Below are positions 26,429 to 34,305 of a stretch of 51,714 bases of DNA, piece by piece (positions within the stretch are counted from its first letter, which is position 1; every line of letters starts with the position of its first letter). The notes under the pieces are model-generated. The model had not been told where the DNA came from, made no database searches, and worked only from the letters and a program-made list of their open reading frames with translations. The position numbers were made by a program, and so were the translations under genes. This DNA comes from a virus. Location: IMG/VR virus record IMGVR_UViG_3300021389_000035, positions 1-51,714 of that record. The stretch is one strand, 5' to 3'.

Positions 26429-26670
26429 TTACATTGACCCCCGAAGATAAAAAGAAAGTTGCAGGTGCGATTAAAGAACTATCTGATAGTATGACTCGCA
26501 TTGATGCAGAGAAAGACTTGATTAAAGATATCGTTCAAGTTACCTTTGAGAATCATGGTGTGGATAAGAAACACATCCGCAAACTTGCAACCATCTATCA
26601 TAAAGCAAACATGGCAGAAGTTCGTACCGAGTACGAAGACCTTGAAGCATTATATGAGGAGTTGTTCTAA
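26425..26670 (+). CDS. hypothetical protein, DUF2312/GapR-like pattern
   Basis: 81 aa. RIDAEKDLIKDIVQVTFENHGVDKKHIRKLATIYHK parallels the recalled DUF2312 consensus. Confidence 0.35.
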   Translation: MITLTPEDKKKVAGAIKELSDSMTRIDAEKDLIKDIVQVTFENHGVDKKHIRKLATIYHKANMAEVRTEYEDLEALYEELF

Positions 26671-27236
26671 TGGCTGGTTCTGAATATTATGGAGATGTTA
26701 CCGTAGGTGGTCGCAGTCTGAATGATGCGACTCCTTCCGAGTGGGATCAGGCATACGAGAACACTAAATTGTCTGTAGATGATATCACTTATGTTGGTGA
26801 TGAGGCTAATATCAATTTTGATGCTGAAACCGACAAAACATTTTTCGTCAAAACTAGTCCCGATCCCGACAATGTTCCTCCTTTGTTCACTAGTTGGAAT
26901 GATCCTATGTTCAAATGTTGGAATGAGTATACGGATGATATTGATTACAAGTTCCGTGAAAGAGAACTGATCGAAGAGTTTAGGAAATATATAGATACTA
27001 CTTACAGTGGTCACTATGGTCAAGGGGGTCTTCAATCATCTGAGGTCATCGTTGATCGTGGTCATGGTATGGGATTCTTTGCTGGTAATATTGACAAGTA
27101 TAATGGTCGATATGGCAACAAGGGAGAGAACCCTGCTGACTGGCGTAAAGACATTATGAAAACAATTCATTATGGTTTTCTGAAGTTGTTTGAACACGAT
27201 AGGATTCATGGGAATAATGGGAATACTACTGACTAA
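26670..27236 (+). CDS. protein with C-terminal DUF3310-like domain
   Basis: 188 aa. HYGQGGLQSSEVIVDRGHGMGFFAGNIDKYNGRYGNKG...DIMKTIHYGFL matches the recalled HY..G.E.I......F..GN..KY..R...K...D..KA..Y pattern. Confidence 0.55.
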   Translation: MAGSEYYGDVTVGGRSLNDATPSEWDQAYENTKLSVDDITYVGDEANINFDAETDKTFFVKTSPDPDNVPPLFTSWNDPMFKCWNEYTDDIDYKFRERELIEEFRKYIDTTYSGHYGQGGLQSSEVIVDRGHGMGFFAGNIDKYNGRYGNKGENPADWRKDIMKTIHYGFLKLFEHDRIHGNNGNTTD

Positions 27237-28008
27237 TGGTGACTCGTTCACCTATGGCGATGAACTAGAGGGAAGTCGATCTCCGAATGGGATCGACACC
27301 CACCATCGTCACACATACACACACAAATTATCAGAGAGATTGCATCTCCCTTATGTGAACCTTGCAGAGAACGGTTCTTCAAACGCGAAGATTTACCGTA
27401 GAACACTCGACTTTCTAATGCGTCCATCTGACCATGTTGATATGGTTGTTATAATGTGGAGTAATTGGGGAAGGTTTGAGTTGTGTGAGTCTGAACATTT
27501 TCTTGCGGATAAAGATATACATATCCCTCAAGAATGTAACATGAACCAGATAATACCTTCACACAAGAGTACATCCTTTGAATTGCAATGGGGTGATAGT
27601 ACTAATAAAAATAGAAAGGAAATTCTCAAAGCATATACTGAAGATGTTCTTACCATGCAGACTCAAATATTATATGGGTTGAAATGTATGCAACAGATGC
27701 AGTTTATTTGTGAGATGATGATGATCCCTATCATACAGGGCGTAATCCACGGTGACATGTATAAAAATATATTAGCCACTCTCAAAATGGATGGTTTCGA
27801 AGATTATAAGAAAGAAGTTACAAAAATCCTTAAAGACTTGCGTCCTGAATGTAAAATGGGTTTGGGTAATTATACAGACCTTTATACCTTGGCTGAGAAA
27901 AGTTACACGTTAAAACCCATGGGTCATGCTGATGAAGATACCCATACGGAATACGCTAAACTTATTGCTCATATAATTACTGCGGCAGAAATGTTACCAT
28001 GTTACTAA
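27208..28008 (+). CDS. SGNH/GDSL-family hydrolase-like protein (paralog 1)
   Basis: LLTNGDSFTYGDEL (GDS block I) and C-terminal GHADEDTH (DxxH-like). Start ambiguous between 27190, 27208 and 27217. Confidence 0.55.
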   Translation: MGIMGILLTNGDSFTYGDELEGSRSPNGIDTHHRHTYTHKLSERLHLPYVNLAENGSSNAKIYRRTLDFLMRPSDHVDMVVIMWSNWGRFELCESEHFLADKDIHIPQECNMNQIIPSHKSTSFELQWGDSTNKNRKEILKAYTEDVLTMQTQILYGLKCMQQMQFICEMMMIPIIQGVIHGDMYKNILATLKMDGFEDYKKEVTKILKDLRPECKMGLGNYTDLYTLAEKSYTLKPMGHADEDTHTEYAKLIAHIITAAEMLPCY

Positions 28009-28760
28009 CTAATGGTTGCAGTTTCGTATGGGGTGATGAGTTGCAGGGATATGATAAGAGTCCGCCAGAACATTACCATTTAACATTCACCCATCACTTA
28101 TCTAACAAATTAAAAACAGAATATGTGAATCTCGCTACTTGTGGTGCGTGTAATGATAAAATATTTCGAGACACTGTAGACTATCTTTTAGATCCGACCA
28201 AAGAAAATCCTACTCATATGGTAATTCTTTGGTCTGCGTGGCAGAGAGACGAGGCTGCAGAAAATAGATTATCTGGATGGGAAAGAGAGGTTGGTATCCA
28301 ACGGTTCCAGTGTATGTCTCAATTCTCTCCTGCTAGAATGCACCATATTAAACCTGAACTAGAAGAAGTATTATCCCCCGCATTAGAAAAGATGGATGTT
28401 CTTCGTACCAAAATAACACATCATCTAAGTTTCATGAAAAGTATGGAATTGATATGTGATAGTCTGGGTATCAAATTAATACAGGGTTCTTTCCACAGAA
28501 GGTGTTGGTCGAATATTTTATTGTCAACGCATCCAAGATTCAAAAGAACAGATTCTCCTTGGACTGAATGGATAGAATATACCCATAAATCACTTAGTAG
28601 TTTGAAAGATACCAGTAGACTTGGACTTGGTAGGTATATCGACTTTTATACTTTTGCCGAGAATGACTTCAAAATACTAGATTACGGTCATCCCAACGAA
28701 CCCGCTCATGAAGCGTGGTCACAATACCTATATGATATATTTGTAAAAGAGTTCTCATGA
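27999..28760 (+). CDS. SGNH/GDSL-family hydrolase-like protein (paralog 2)
   Basis: MLLTNGCSFVWGDELQG and GHPNEPAH. Colinear with the upstream paralog. Confidence 0.55.
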   Translation: MLLTNGCSFVWGDELQGYDKSPPEHYHLTFTHHLSNKLKTEYVNLATCGACNDKIFRDTVDYLLDPTKENPTHMVILWSAWQRDEAAENRLSGWEREVGIQRFQCMSQFSPARMHHIKPELEEVLSPALEKMDVLRTKITHHLSFMKSMELICDSLGIKLIQGSFHRRCWSNILLSTHPRFKRTDSPWTEWIEYTHKSLSSLKDTSRLGLGRYIDFYTFAENDFKILDYGHPNEPAHEAWSQYLYDIFVKEFS

Positions 28761-29437
28761 AAAATATTATACTACAACACTGGTCGGGTGAGTTGAATTC
28801 ACTGACTCTACTATCATCTATGAGTATCTCTAAGTATGCTGAGATGGTAAACGCGGACTATGAACTTGTAAGAGGTGACCAATTCACTTCTATGGATGTG
28901 AGACCCGAACTACAGAAACTTGTTATGTTGGACAAACGATGGGATGACTATGACAATGTTGTTATGGTTGATGCCGACATGTTTGTTCGTAAGGGTTGTA
29001 ATGAAAACATATTTGAGTGTGAAGGCATAGGTAGACACACTCAAGTCCAAACCAATCTGCGTTCGGGTATTGCAAGAACACTCGGTTTCGTATGGGGTAA
29101 TGAAGGTGCACCTTACTGGGGTGGATCTATATACAAACTGACCAAGGAACAACGTAAGAAGTTCCGTAGTGTATTGACTGACGATATCGTGTTACGGTAT
29201 AAACAGAACTGGGTTGATGAAGGTGTCATGCACACTCTCGCACTTAAACTGGGAATGTCCCATACACAGAAGGGTAACTATCTGGACGGTCAGATGTGGA
29301 ATTATTCTTCGTTTGAACCTGATGTGGAACGTGCAAACTTTATACATATAAGAACAAAGATAACACCTAGTGGCCCCAAAGACACTAAGATGAATAACTA
29401 CCAAAGACTGGTAGACAGAGGGTTGATATCAACCTAA
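28757..29437 (+). CDS. DxD glycosyltransferase-like protein (paralog of 12034..12846)
   Basis: 226 aa. N-terminus ILQHWSGE...YAEMVNADYE parallels IYQYWDGE...YAERIGAEYI. DxD motif in YDNVVMVDADMF. Confidence 0.5.
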   Translation: MKNIILQHWSGELNSLTLLSSMSISKYAEMVNADYELVRGDQFTSMDVRPELQKLVMLDKRWDDYDNVVMVDADMFVRKGCNENIFECEGIGRHTQVQTNLRSGIARTLGFVWGNEGAPYWGGSIYKLTKEQRKKFRSVLTDDIVLRYKQNWVDEGVMHTLALKLGMSHTQKGNYLDGQMWNYSSFEPDVERANFIHIRTKITPSGPKDTKMNNYQRLVDRGLIST

Positions 29438-29508
29438 AGAATCCCACCTACCTTGGGATCGTGACCTGAACATGTCCCTAAACTGTTCTCTTTCAAAGAT
29501 ATTAATTG

Positions 29509-29516
29509 TATAAATA
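29509..29516 (+). promoter_or_regulatory. T4-type late promoter motif TATAAATA
   Basis: Exact TATAAATA in a 113-nt intergenic gap, 35 nt upstream of ATG 29551. gp55 is encoded in this window. Confidence 0.5.
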
Positions 29517-29550
29517 GAATCGTACATAATAACTATTTTTGGATTTATTC

Positions 29551-30126
29551 ATGAAACTACTTTATACCCTACTTATTGGTGTGATTTTAACTTCTTCGGC
29601 ATATGCTCAAGAAAGTGTTATCGAAGACATTATAAAGACAGACTCTACAACTAATAGTACTGTTACCACAAAATCTGATTCGACAACTACTTTGAAGTCG
29701 CCTCCCCCTTCTGCTATTTCCCCCACGATTAATACGTCAAACTCTGACCTATGTACATTCGGTGTTGCGGGTGCAGTACAAACACAAATTCTTGGTATCT
29801 CTGCGGGTACACAGTTCACTGACTACAATTGTGAGAAACTAAAGAATGCTAAGACTTTATACGATATGGGTATGAAAGTTGCAGCAGTATCAGTGATGTG
29901 TCAAGACAGACGGGTTTTTGACGCTATGATGAATGCAGGAACACCTTGCCCATATGACGGTATGATCGGCGAAGAAGCTAAACTTGCGTGGGAAGCAGAA
30001 CTTGCCGCAGGTGGTTCACCCGAAGTGAAAAGCGATAAAGATAAAGAAAAGGAGATGACCACAAATGAGAAGACTCTTGCCGCTAGTGGTGGTATTGGCG
30101 CTCTGCTCCTCTTACTCTTACTCTGA
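29551..30126 (+). CDS. exported Ser/Thr-rich protein with hydrophobic C-terminal tail
   Basis: Signal peptide MKLLYTLLIGVILTSSAYA/QES, four Cys, and a C-terminal GGIGALLLLLLL. ATG 29551 is preferred over track TTG 29539. Confidence 0.6.
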   Translation: MKLLYTLLIGVILTSSAYAQESVIEDIIKTDSTTNSTVTTKSDSTTTLKSPPPSAISPTINTSNSDLCTFGVAGAVQTQILGISAGTQFTDYNCEKLKNAKTLYDMGMKVAAVSVMCQDRRVFDAMMNAGTPCPYDGMIGEEAKLAWEAELAAGGSPEVKSDKDKEKEMTTNEKTLAASGGIGALLLLLLL

Positions 30127-30925
30127 GGTCATATCCGGTACAACTAGGAACGCAACCGACTTTGGTTATAATTGGGTGATGCGAAATATCTTGCCACAAC
30201 AGGCAGGACTTGAAGTATCCAGTGTGTTGTACAGATATACTGCTATAAAGAATACCGAAGATGATATGGTCGTCTATGTCCAGAACGAAGATGCTGGCGG
30301 TGACGGTTACATCTTTCGAGAAGTGGATGATTGGTCTGGACGAAGATCGAACACTATTAATAAGATAGTTCCGGTAGACAATATACTGATAGACCGTTGG
30401 GGAGATGGTTCTATCGAATGGACTGGAGAAGGTACTGTAGAAGACGCACGGGTGGTTTACAACTATAGGTACGACCCATGTTTCGATCCACAGACTAGTC
30501 CTGACTGTCCTGGCTATGTTGTACCAATACCCGATATTCCTGAACCGGACTTGACTGCAATATACGAACAAGAACAAAGATTTATCAAGGAGGAAGCTGA
30601 GAAAAAGGCAGAACTTGATGAAGAGGAACAAAAGGAAAAGGATAGAAGGAGGGTTTCGATACAAAAGAATAGGGAACGTTTAGAAATCGCAATGGGTGCA
30701 GTTAACTCAGTGTTAATGAGTGCTGATGCACAACTAAAGCATGATCAGTTACTTGCGCTTGGTTTAATACCACCAGCATATATGAGAGATATATCTGGGG
30801 GAACATATGACGAAACAATTACATTAAAAGATGGTAAGTTACCAACTAATCCTAAAGGAAAAAGAGTTGGACTTGCTCAACAATTATTACATACAAAAAT
30901 GATAAATAGTCAGTATAACAACTAA
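30065..30925 (+). CDS. exported protein with central charged coiled-coil-like segment
   Basis: Signal peptide MRRLLPLVVVLALCSSYSYS/EV and EEAEKKAELDEEEQKEKDRRR. Overlaps the upstream ORF by 62 nt. Confidence 0.55.
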   Translation: MRRLLPLVVVLALCSSYSYSEVISGTTRNATDFGYNWVMRNILPQQAGLEVSSVLYRYTAIKNTEDDMVVYVQNEDAGGDGYIFREVDDWSGRRSNTINKIVPVDNILIDRWGDGSIEWTGEGTVEDARVVYNYRYDPCFDPQTSPDCPGYVVPIPDIPEPDLTAIYEQEQRFIKEEAEKKAELDEEEQKEKDRRRVSIQKNRERLEIAMGAVNSVLMSADAQLKHDQLLALGLIPPAYMRDISGGTYDETITLKDGKLPTNPKGKRVGLAQQLLHTKMINSQYNN

Positions 30926-30941
30926 TCTATAGGGGATAGTT

Positions 30942-31442
30942 ATGTTTAAACAAATTTTATTTGCCACGGTCGCATTAACTTCGACTGGCGTTATGGCATT
31001 TACAGAAGTGCCAATTACTGGTAACGTGGAGTCTAAGTGTGTTATCACTACCGACACGCCCGGAGTCTTTGGTAACCCTGTTAGCAATATTCTTAGTACT
31101 AAGTCGATAGATGGTGGGGTAGAACCTATCGTTCGATTCGATATCATTGAAGCTGGATCTTACAAGGCGGTTCTATCGTATCCTATCGAGTTTACCACTT
31201 CACCGTATTTGAACGATGTTGTGAATTGGACAGGATTGATTGATATTGCTGAAGTATCAGATACGTTGATGAATGACTTCGACAACACCAAAGTACTGTA
31301 CAACAATGTTACAGAATATGATTTGACTGTTGCTGGTAGTATATGGTTCAGATCAGAATCTCAAGCAGACTATGGTTATGGGAAATCATTTCCTGGCGGT
31401 GTCTACCGTGCCGCAGTCAGTGCTGAGTGTATAGCGCAATAA
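30942..31442 (+). CDS. exported protein, SCPU/Csu-type fimbrial-subunit-like
   Basis: 166 aa. Signal peptide MFKQILFATVALTSTGVMA/FTE, N-terminal ITGNVESKCVIT and C-terminal GGVYRAAVSAECIAQ resemble the recalled CsuA/B layout. Confidence 0.45.
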   Translation: MFKQILFATVALTSTGVMAFTEVPITGNVESKCVITTDTPGVFGNPVSNILSTKSIDGGVEPIVRFDIIEAGSYKAVLSYPIEFTTSPYLNDVVNWTGLIDIAEVSDTLMNDFDNTKVLYNNVTEYDLTVAGSIWFRSESQADYGYGKSFPGGVYRAAVSAECIAQ

Positions 31443-31446
31443 TATC

Positions 31447-31821
31447 ATGCGTTATATTATGATGTTATTAGTCCTTATCGGTGGGTATGCGAATGCCCAC
31501 CAATGGACACCCACGTACCCAAAACTGAAGTTATCTCATGTCTCTGGTATTATGAAAGTTGATATGGAACTCTTCAACAGCAGGCAGGATGTTGGTTGGT
31601 ATGAAATATCCGTGTTCGATAAAGATTGGAATCCGGTAAAGTTTGCGGTAGGTGGTGAACGAATACTAAATGTTCCCTATCTAAAGAAACAAAAAGTGGA
31701 AGTGTATGTTAGATTTGGTGATACTAAACTTGTCAAATACATATGCAGTAAATCTAAGATAATAGCAGAAGATGAAAGAGTAACGGTGGTATCATCGAGG
31801 ATATGTTCGAAACTTAAATAG
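31447..31821 (+). CDS. exported beta-rich protein; mature N-terminus predicted to begin with His
   Basis: 124 aa. Signal peptide MRYIMMLLVLIGGYANA/HQW. No family recognised. Confidence 0.55.
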   Translation: MRYIMMLLVLIGGYANAHQWTPTYPKLKLSHVSGIMKVDMELFNSRQDVGWYEISVFDKDWNPVKFAVGGERILNVPYLKKQKVEVYVRFGDTKLVKYICSKSKIIAEDERVTVVSSRICSKLK

Positions 31822-32267
31822 TGAGTGATGCAGTGAGATATTTTATAGTGATCCTAACAATATTATGTGTGGGACAGGTTCATGGAGATTCTAGTGCTTT
31901 GAATCTATCATTACCTCAATCCCCATCTAATTATGCTTCAGATCAAATTAGGGCTGGTGATATAGATTGTCGGAACGCAATTGGTTCTGCTACTAACGTA
32001 GAGTTCGGTGTTGTCGGTATAATCAATCAAGATGATCCATTCAATACGATGGGTATTGACAGTAACCTATACAATAATGGTAGTGGTAAAATGAAAGATG
32101 TTGGTGTATATGCCAAGATCACCATACCTATAGGTGCACCAAAAGAAAGAATCAACTGTAATACATTATACCAATTAGAACTTACTAAGAAAAGATTAGA
32201 AGTCCAGAAGTTACAAGCAGAGTTGGCGAATCTAAGAAAACTGAAATTCGAGGGTGATGAGAAATAA
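31821..32267 (+). CDS. exported protein with C-terminal coiled coil
   Basis: GTG start overlapping the upstream stop by 1 nt. Signal peptide ...FIVILTILCVGQVHG/DSS. Two Cys and LELTKKRLEVQKLQAELANLRKL. Confidence 0.5.
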   Translation: MSDAVRYFIVILTILCVGQVHGDSSALNLSLPQSPSNYASDQIRAGDIDCRNAIGSATNVEFGVVGIINQDDPFNTMGIDSNLYNNGSGKMKDVGVYAKITIPIGAPKERINCNTLYQLELTKKRLEVQKLQAELANLRKLKFEGDEK

Positions 32268-32779
32268 TGTCAGAAGAAGAAGACAAAACAGAAATCGAAT
32301 TTGGAGGAATGACCTTCAAAGGTGGTAGGATGTTCGCATTGATCACCGCTCTCTCTACACTTGGTGGTGCAGCCTGGGGTGGTTTTGAATTCTACAATGA
32401 CTATCGTAATATGAAAGAGATTGTGGAGAATATTGACGTAGACGCTATCTCAGCACGTAACGATATTATTGAGACCAAACTAGACGAAGCAATAGAGTAT
32501 ACCCGTGACATTAAGTCTGGTCTACGTGACGACATCATCTCTATCGAGAAACAAGCAGACCGTGTAGAGGACAATCTAAGAATTACCGAAACTGAAGTAC
32601 GTGACATGATCGATAAAGCAAATGATCGATTCGAAGACAAACGCAACCAACTACAAGAAAACTACGATACCCAACTCAACCGTCTACGTGACAAGAACGA
32701 CCGAGAGTTAAAAGAACTCGAAGAACGTCTCACAGACCTAGTTCAAAAGGCATTGGATAACCCCCTGTCCGATAACTAA
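32267..32779 (+). CDS. membrane-anchored coiled-coil protein (type II topology suggested)
   Basis: 170 aa. Acidic N-terminus, one TM helix MFALITALSTLGGAAWGGF, then about 120 aa of charged heptad-like sequence. TAATG overlap with the upstream gene. Confidence 0.6.
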   Translation: MSEEEDKTEIEFGGMTFKGGRMFALITALSTLGGAAWGGFEFYNDYRNMKEIVENIDVDAISARNDIIETKLDEAIEYTRDIKSGLRDDIISIEKQADRVEDNLRITETEVRDMIDKANDRFEDKRNQLQENYDTQLNRLRDKNDRELKELEERLTDLVQKALDNPLSDN

Positions 32780-32829
32780 GTACACACCAATTCGCATATA
32801 AAGAGAATTTGTGTATACCTAATCCCCCC

Positions 32830-32858
32830 TTGACATCCTCCCCTTACTGTGGTATACT
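32830..32858 (+). promoter_or_regulatory. sigma70-type promoter (TTGACA-N17-TATACT) with no obvious ORF before the next promoter
   Basis: Hexamers with a 17-nt spacer. About 90 nt to the next -35 at 32953. Confidence 0.5.
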
Positions 32859-32947
32859 AAGCCTTATCCAGTCGGGGAGGGTGATTATACCTTTCCGTTA
32901 TATCAAACCCCATAAAAGTGTTAAAAAGTCTAAAAGAATCAGCTGAT

Positions 32948-33003
32948 AAGTGTTGACTTCTTGTTATGATTATGAGATAATGGTTACCTAATTGAGTTGA
33001 GAG
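32948..33003 (+). repeat. 56-bp direct repeat copy 1 = early promoter-leader cassette A (TTGACT-N17-GATAAT, extended -10 TG, leader ATTGAGTTGAGAG)
   Basis: Identical to 33218..33273. -35 at 32953-32958, -10 at 32976-32981. Confidence 0.8.
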
Positions 33004-33012
33004 GTGTTTGTT

Positions 33013-33183
33013 ATGACTTTATCTTTTGAATGTGTTACCCAAAACTTTCCATCAACAATTGGTATGGCGGTAGGTTCTACCGTTATCGTGCGGGACGTTC
33101 CCGCTTCATCTAACCCAAACGGGGTGGCCACTCTAGAGGTCAAACGTCTGACCGAAGACTACTGCGATGTACAGGAGTTATAA
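33013..33183 (+). CDS. small hypothetical protein (56 aa)
   Basis: ATG 9 nt after the GAGAGG of cassette A. Below the ORF-track cutoff; translated by hand (MTLSFECVTQNF...CDVQEL). Confidence 0.4.
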   Translation: MTLSFECVTQNFPSTIGMAVGSTVIVRDVPASSNPNGVATLEVKRLTEDYCDVQEL

Positions 33184-33217
33184 AGACTTCGGTTCTCATG
33201 ACAAAATGTTCTAAAGA

Positions 33218-33273
33218 AAGTGTTGACTTCTTGTTATGATTATGAGATAATGGTTACCTAATTGAGTTGAGAG
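33218..33273 (+). repeat. 56-bp direct repeat copy 2 = early promoter-leader cassette B
   Basis: Identical to 32948..33003, offset 270 nt. -35 at 33223-33228, -10 at 33246-33251. Confidence 0.8.
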
Positions 33274-33278
33274 ATATT

Positions 33279-33416
33279 ATGAATAGAGAAGAACAGATTA
33301 CTTACCACTGGAATGACTTGATGGTTCATTGTGAAACTAAAGAACGTTTCAATGAAGAAGAGTTCGAAAGAATCTACAACGAGATTGTTGCAAAAATCAA
33401 TGAGATGGAGAATTAA
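33279..33416 (+). CDS. small hypothetical protein (45 aa)
   Basis: ATG directly after the cassette B leader. Translated by hand (MNREEQITYHWNDL...INEMEN). Confidence 0.4.
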   Translation: MNREEQITYHWNDLMVHCETKERFNEEEFERIYNEIVAKINEMEN

Positions 33417-33417
33417 A

Positions 33418-33720
33418 ATGACCGCATTCGTTAAAGAAAACTTCAGCTGGGACGGTATGTACCTTATGTATCAAGGTGAGTTCGAAGGTTCACGCACTAT
33501 GGAAGAGATAGCACCGAACTGTCACCCATCTTGGTATGGTCAACCAGAACGTAGGTTCATTGCGCGATTCAAGTATGGTTCGAAACCATTTAAGTCTTGG
33601 ATTAACTTCCTATGTAAGAAAGTCTCGATCGAAGAGTATATCGAGATGAGTCAAAAAACTAGTCCGATGGAGACGATGGAATACTTCGGTTTCAAACCAC
33701 GTAAGAAGAGGACTGTATGA
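33418..33720 (+). CDS. hypothetical protein
   Basis: In-frame ATG 33418 (MTAFVKENF...) lies 1 nt after the upstream stop. The track ORF opens at 33331 but overlaps the 45-aa ORF. Confidence 0.55.
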   Translation: MTAFVKENFSWDGMYLMYQGEFEGSRTMEEIAPNCHPSWYGQPERRFIARFKYGSKPFKSWINFLCKKVSIEEYIEMSQKTSPMETMEYFGFKPRKKRTV

Positions 33721-33935
33721 TGTACGGTAAAGTTGGCGACACTATTCAATGGGAAACTCATAATGCCATAATTACAGGTGAGATAGTGTTTGTTCATGAG
33801 AATCTAATCGATAACGATATTGATTACTATAGTATTGCGACTGGCCCTGAACCTATGGACAGACACTTTCTTGATAGTAAAATGATGAAAACCCTTAATG
33901 TTAAAAATTTATCTAACGGAGAACAATATGTCTAA
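33717..33935 (+). CDS. hypothetical protein
   Basis: 72-aa ORF with an ATGA overlap. Confidence 0.5.
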   Translation: MMYGKVGDTIQWETHNAIITGEIVFVHENLIDNDIDYYSIATGPEPMDRHFLDSKMMKTLNVKNLSNGEQYV

Positions 33936-34152
33936 AATGATGATTGAAATGGAAGAGGAACAGGTTGACGCGATAATGATCAGTGAATTGAAATGGCACC
34001 TCGAAACCTTCAGGAAAGATCTGGAACGCAGAGAAAAGGGTGGGGGTTTGTCTATATTTGATAATGACCCTAAGGCTGATGTTGTTTACCTGAATGAATA
34101 TATCGAGGCCTTCGGTTTAGTGTTGGATTACTATGGTGGTAATCTAAAATGA
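33928..34152 (+). CDS. hypothetical protein (C-terminal LVLDYYGG motif shared with 38051..38206)
   Basis: ATG 33928 has GGAG 6 nt upstream; the track start is 33898. Confidence 0.5.
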   Translation: MSKMMIEMEEEQVDAIMISELKWHLETFRKDLERREKGGGLSIFDNDPKADVVYLNEYIEAFGLVLDYYGGNLK

Positions 34153-34304
34153 GTAAGTCACTCGTATTGGGGATAATTGAGGAAGAGTTAACTCGACTTC
34201 ATAAGGAAGCAAAAGAAAGTACAGAAACTTCTACTCTCTTAATGGCTGCCCACGCTATTGGACTGATGCAGAGAGTGAAACAACGTATCGAAGAGGAAGT
34301 ATAG
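34149..34304 (+). CDS. small hypothetical protein (51 aa)
   Basis: ATGA overlap with the upstream stop. Fills an otherwise empty gap. Below the track cutoff. Confidence 0.35.
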   Translation: MSKSLVLGIIEEELTRLHKEAKESTETSTLLMAAHAIGLMQRVKQRIEEEV

Positions 34305-34305
34305 A

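Noticed and set aside
29441-29459. Hairpin ATCCCA-CCTACCT-TGGGAT after the 28757 gene as a terminator
   Set aside because: The stem is short and no T-run follows. It could still be an RNA-stability element, but it is not supportable as an intrinsic terminator.
30942-31821. A complete chaperone-usher pilus system
   Set aside because: Only a pilin-like subunit is recognisable. There is no usher-sized (about 800 aa) ORF. The 124-aa neighbour is too short, and too weakly similar, to be called a PapD-like chaperone.
32267-32779. i-spanin (Rz-like) assignment for the TM plus coiled-coil protein
   Set aside because: The topology fits. However, there is no embedded or adjacent o-spanin-type short lipoprotein ORF, and no holin or endolysin nearby. 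I left it as one hypothesis within the exported-operon finding.
32881-32946. 21-codon GTG-initiated frame after the GGGGAGG at the orphan promoter
   Set aside because: The GTG abuts the SD with no spacer, and the product is a short basic peptide. Evidence for a CDS is insufficient, so it is discussed only under the orphan-promoter finding.
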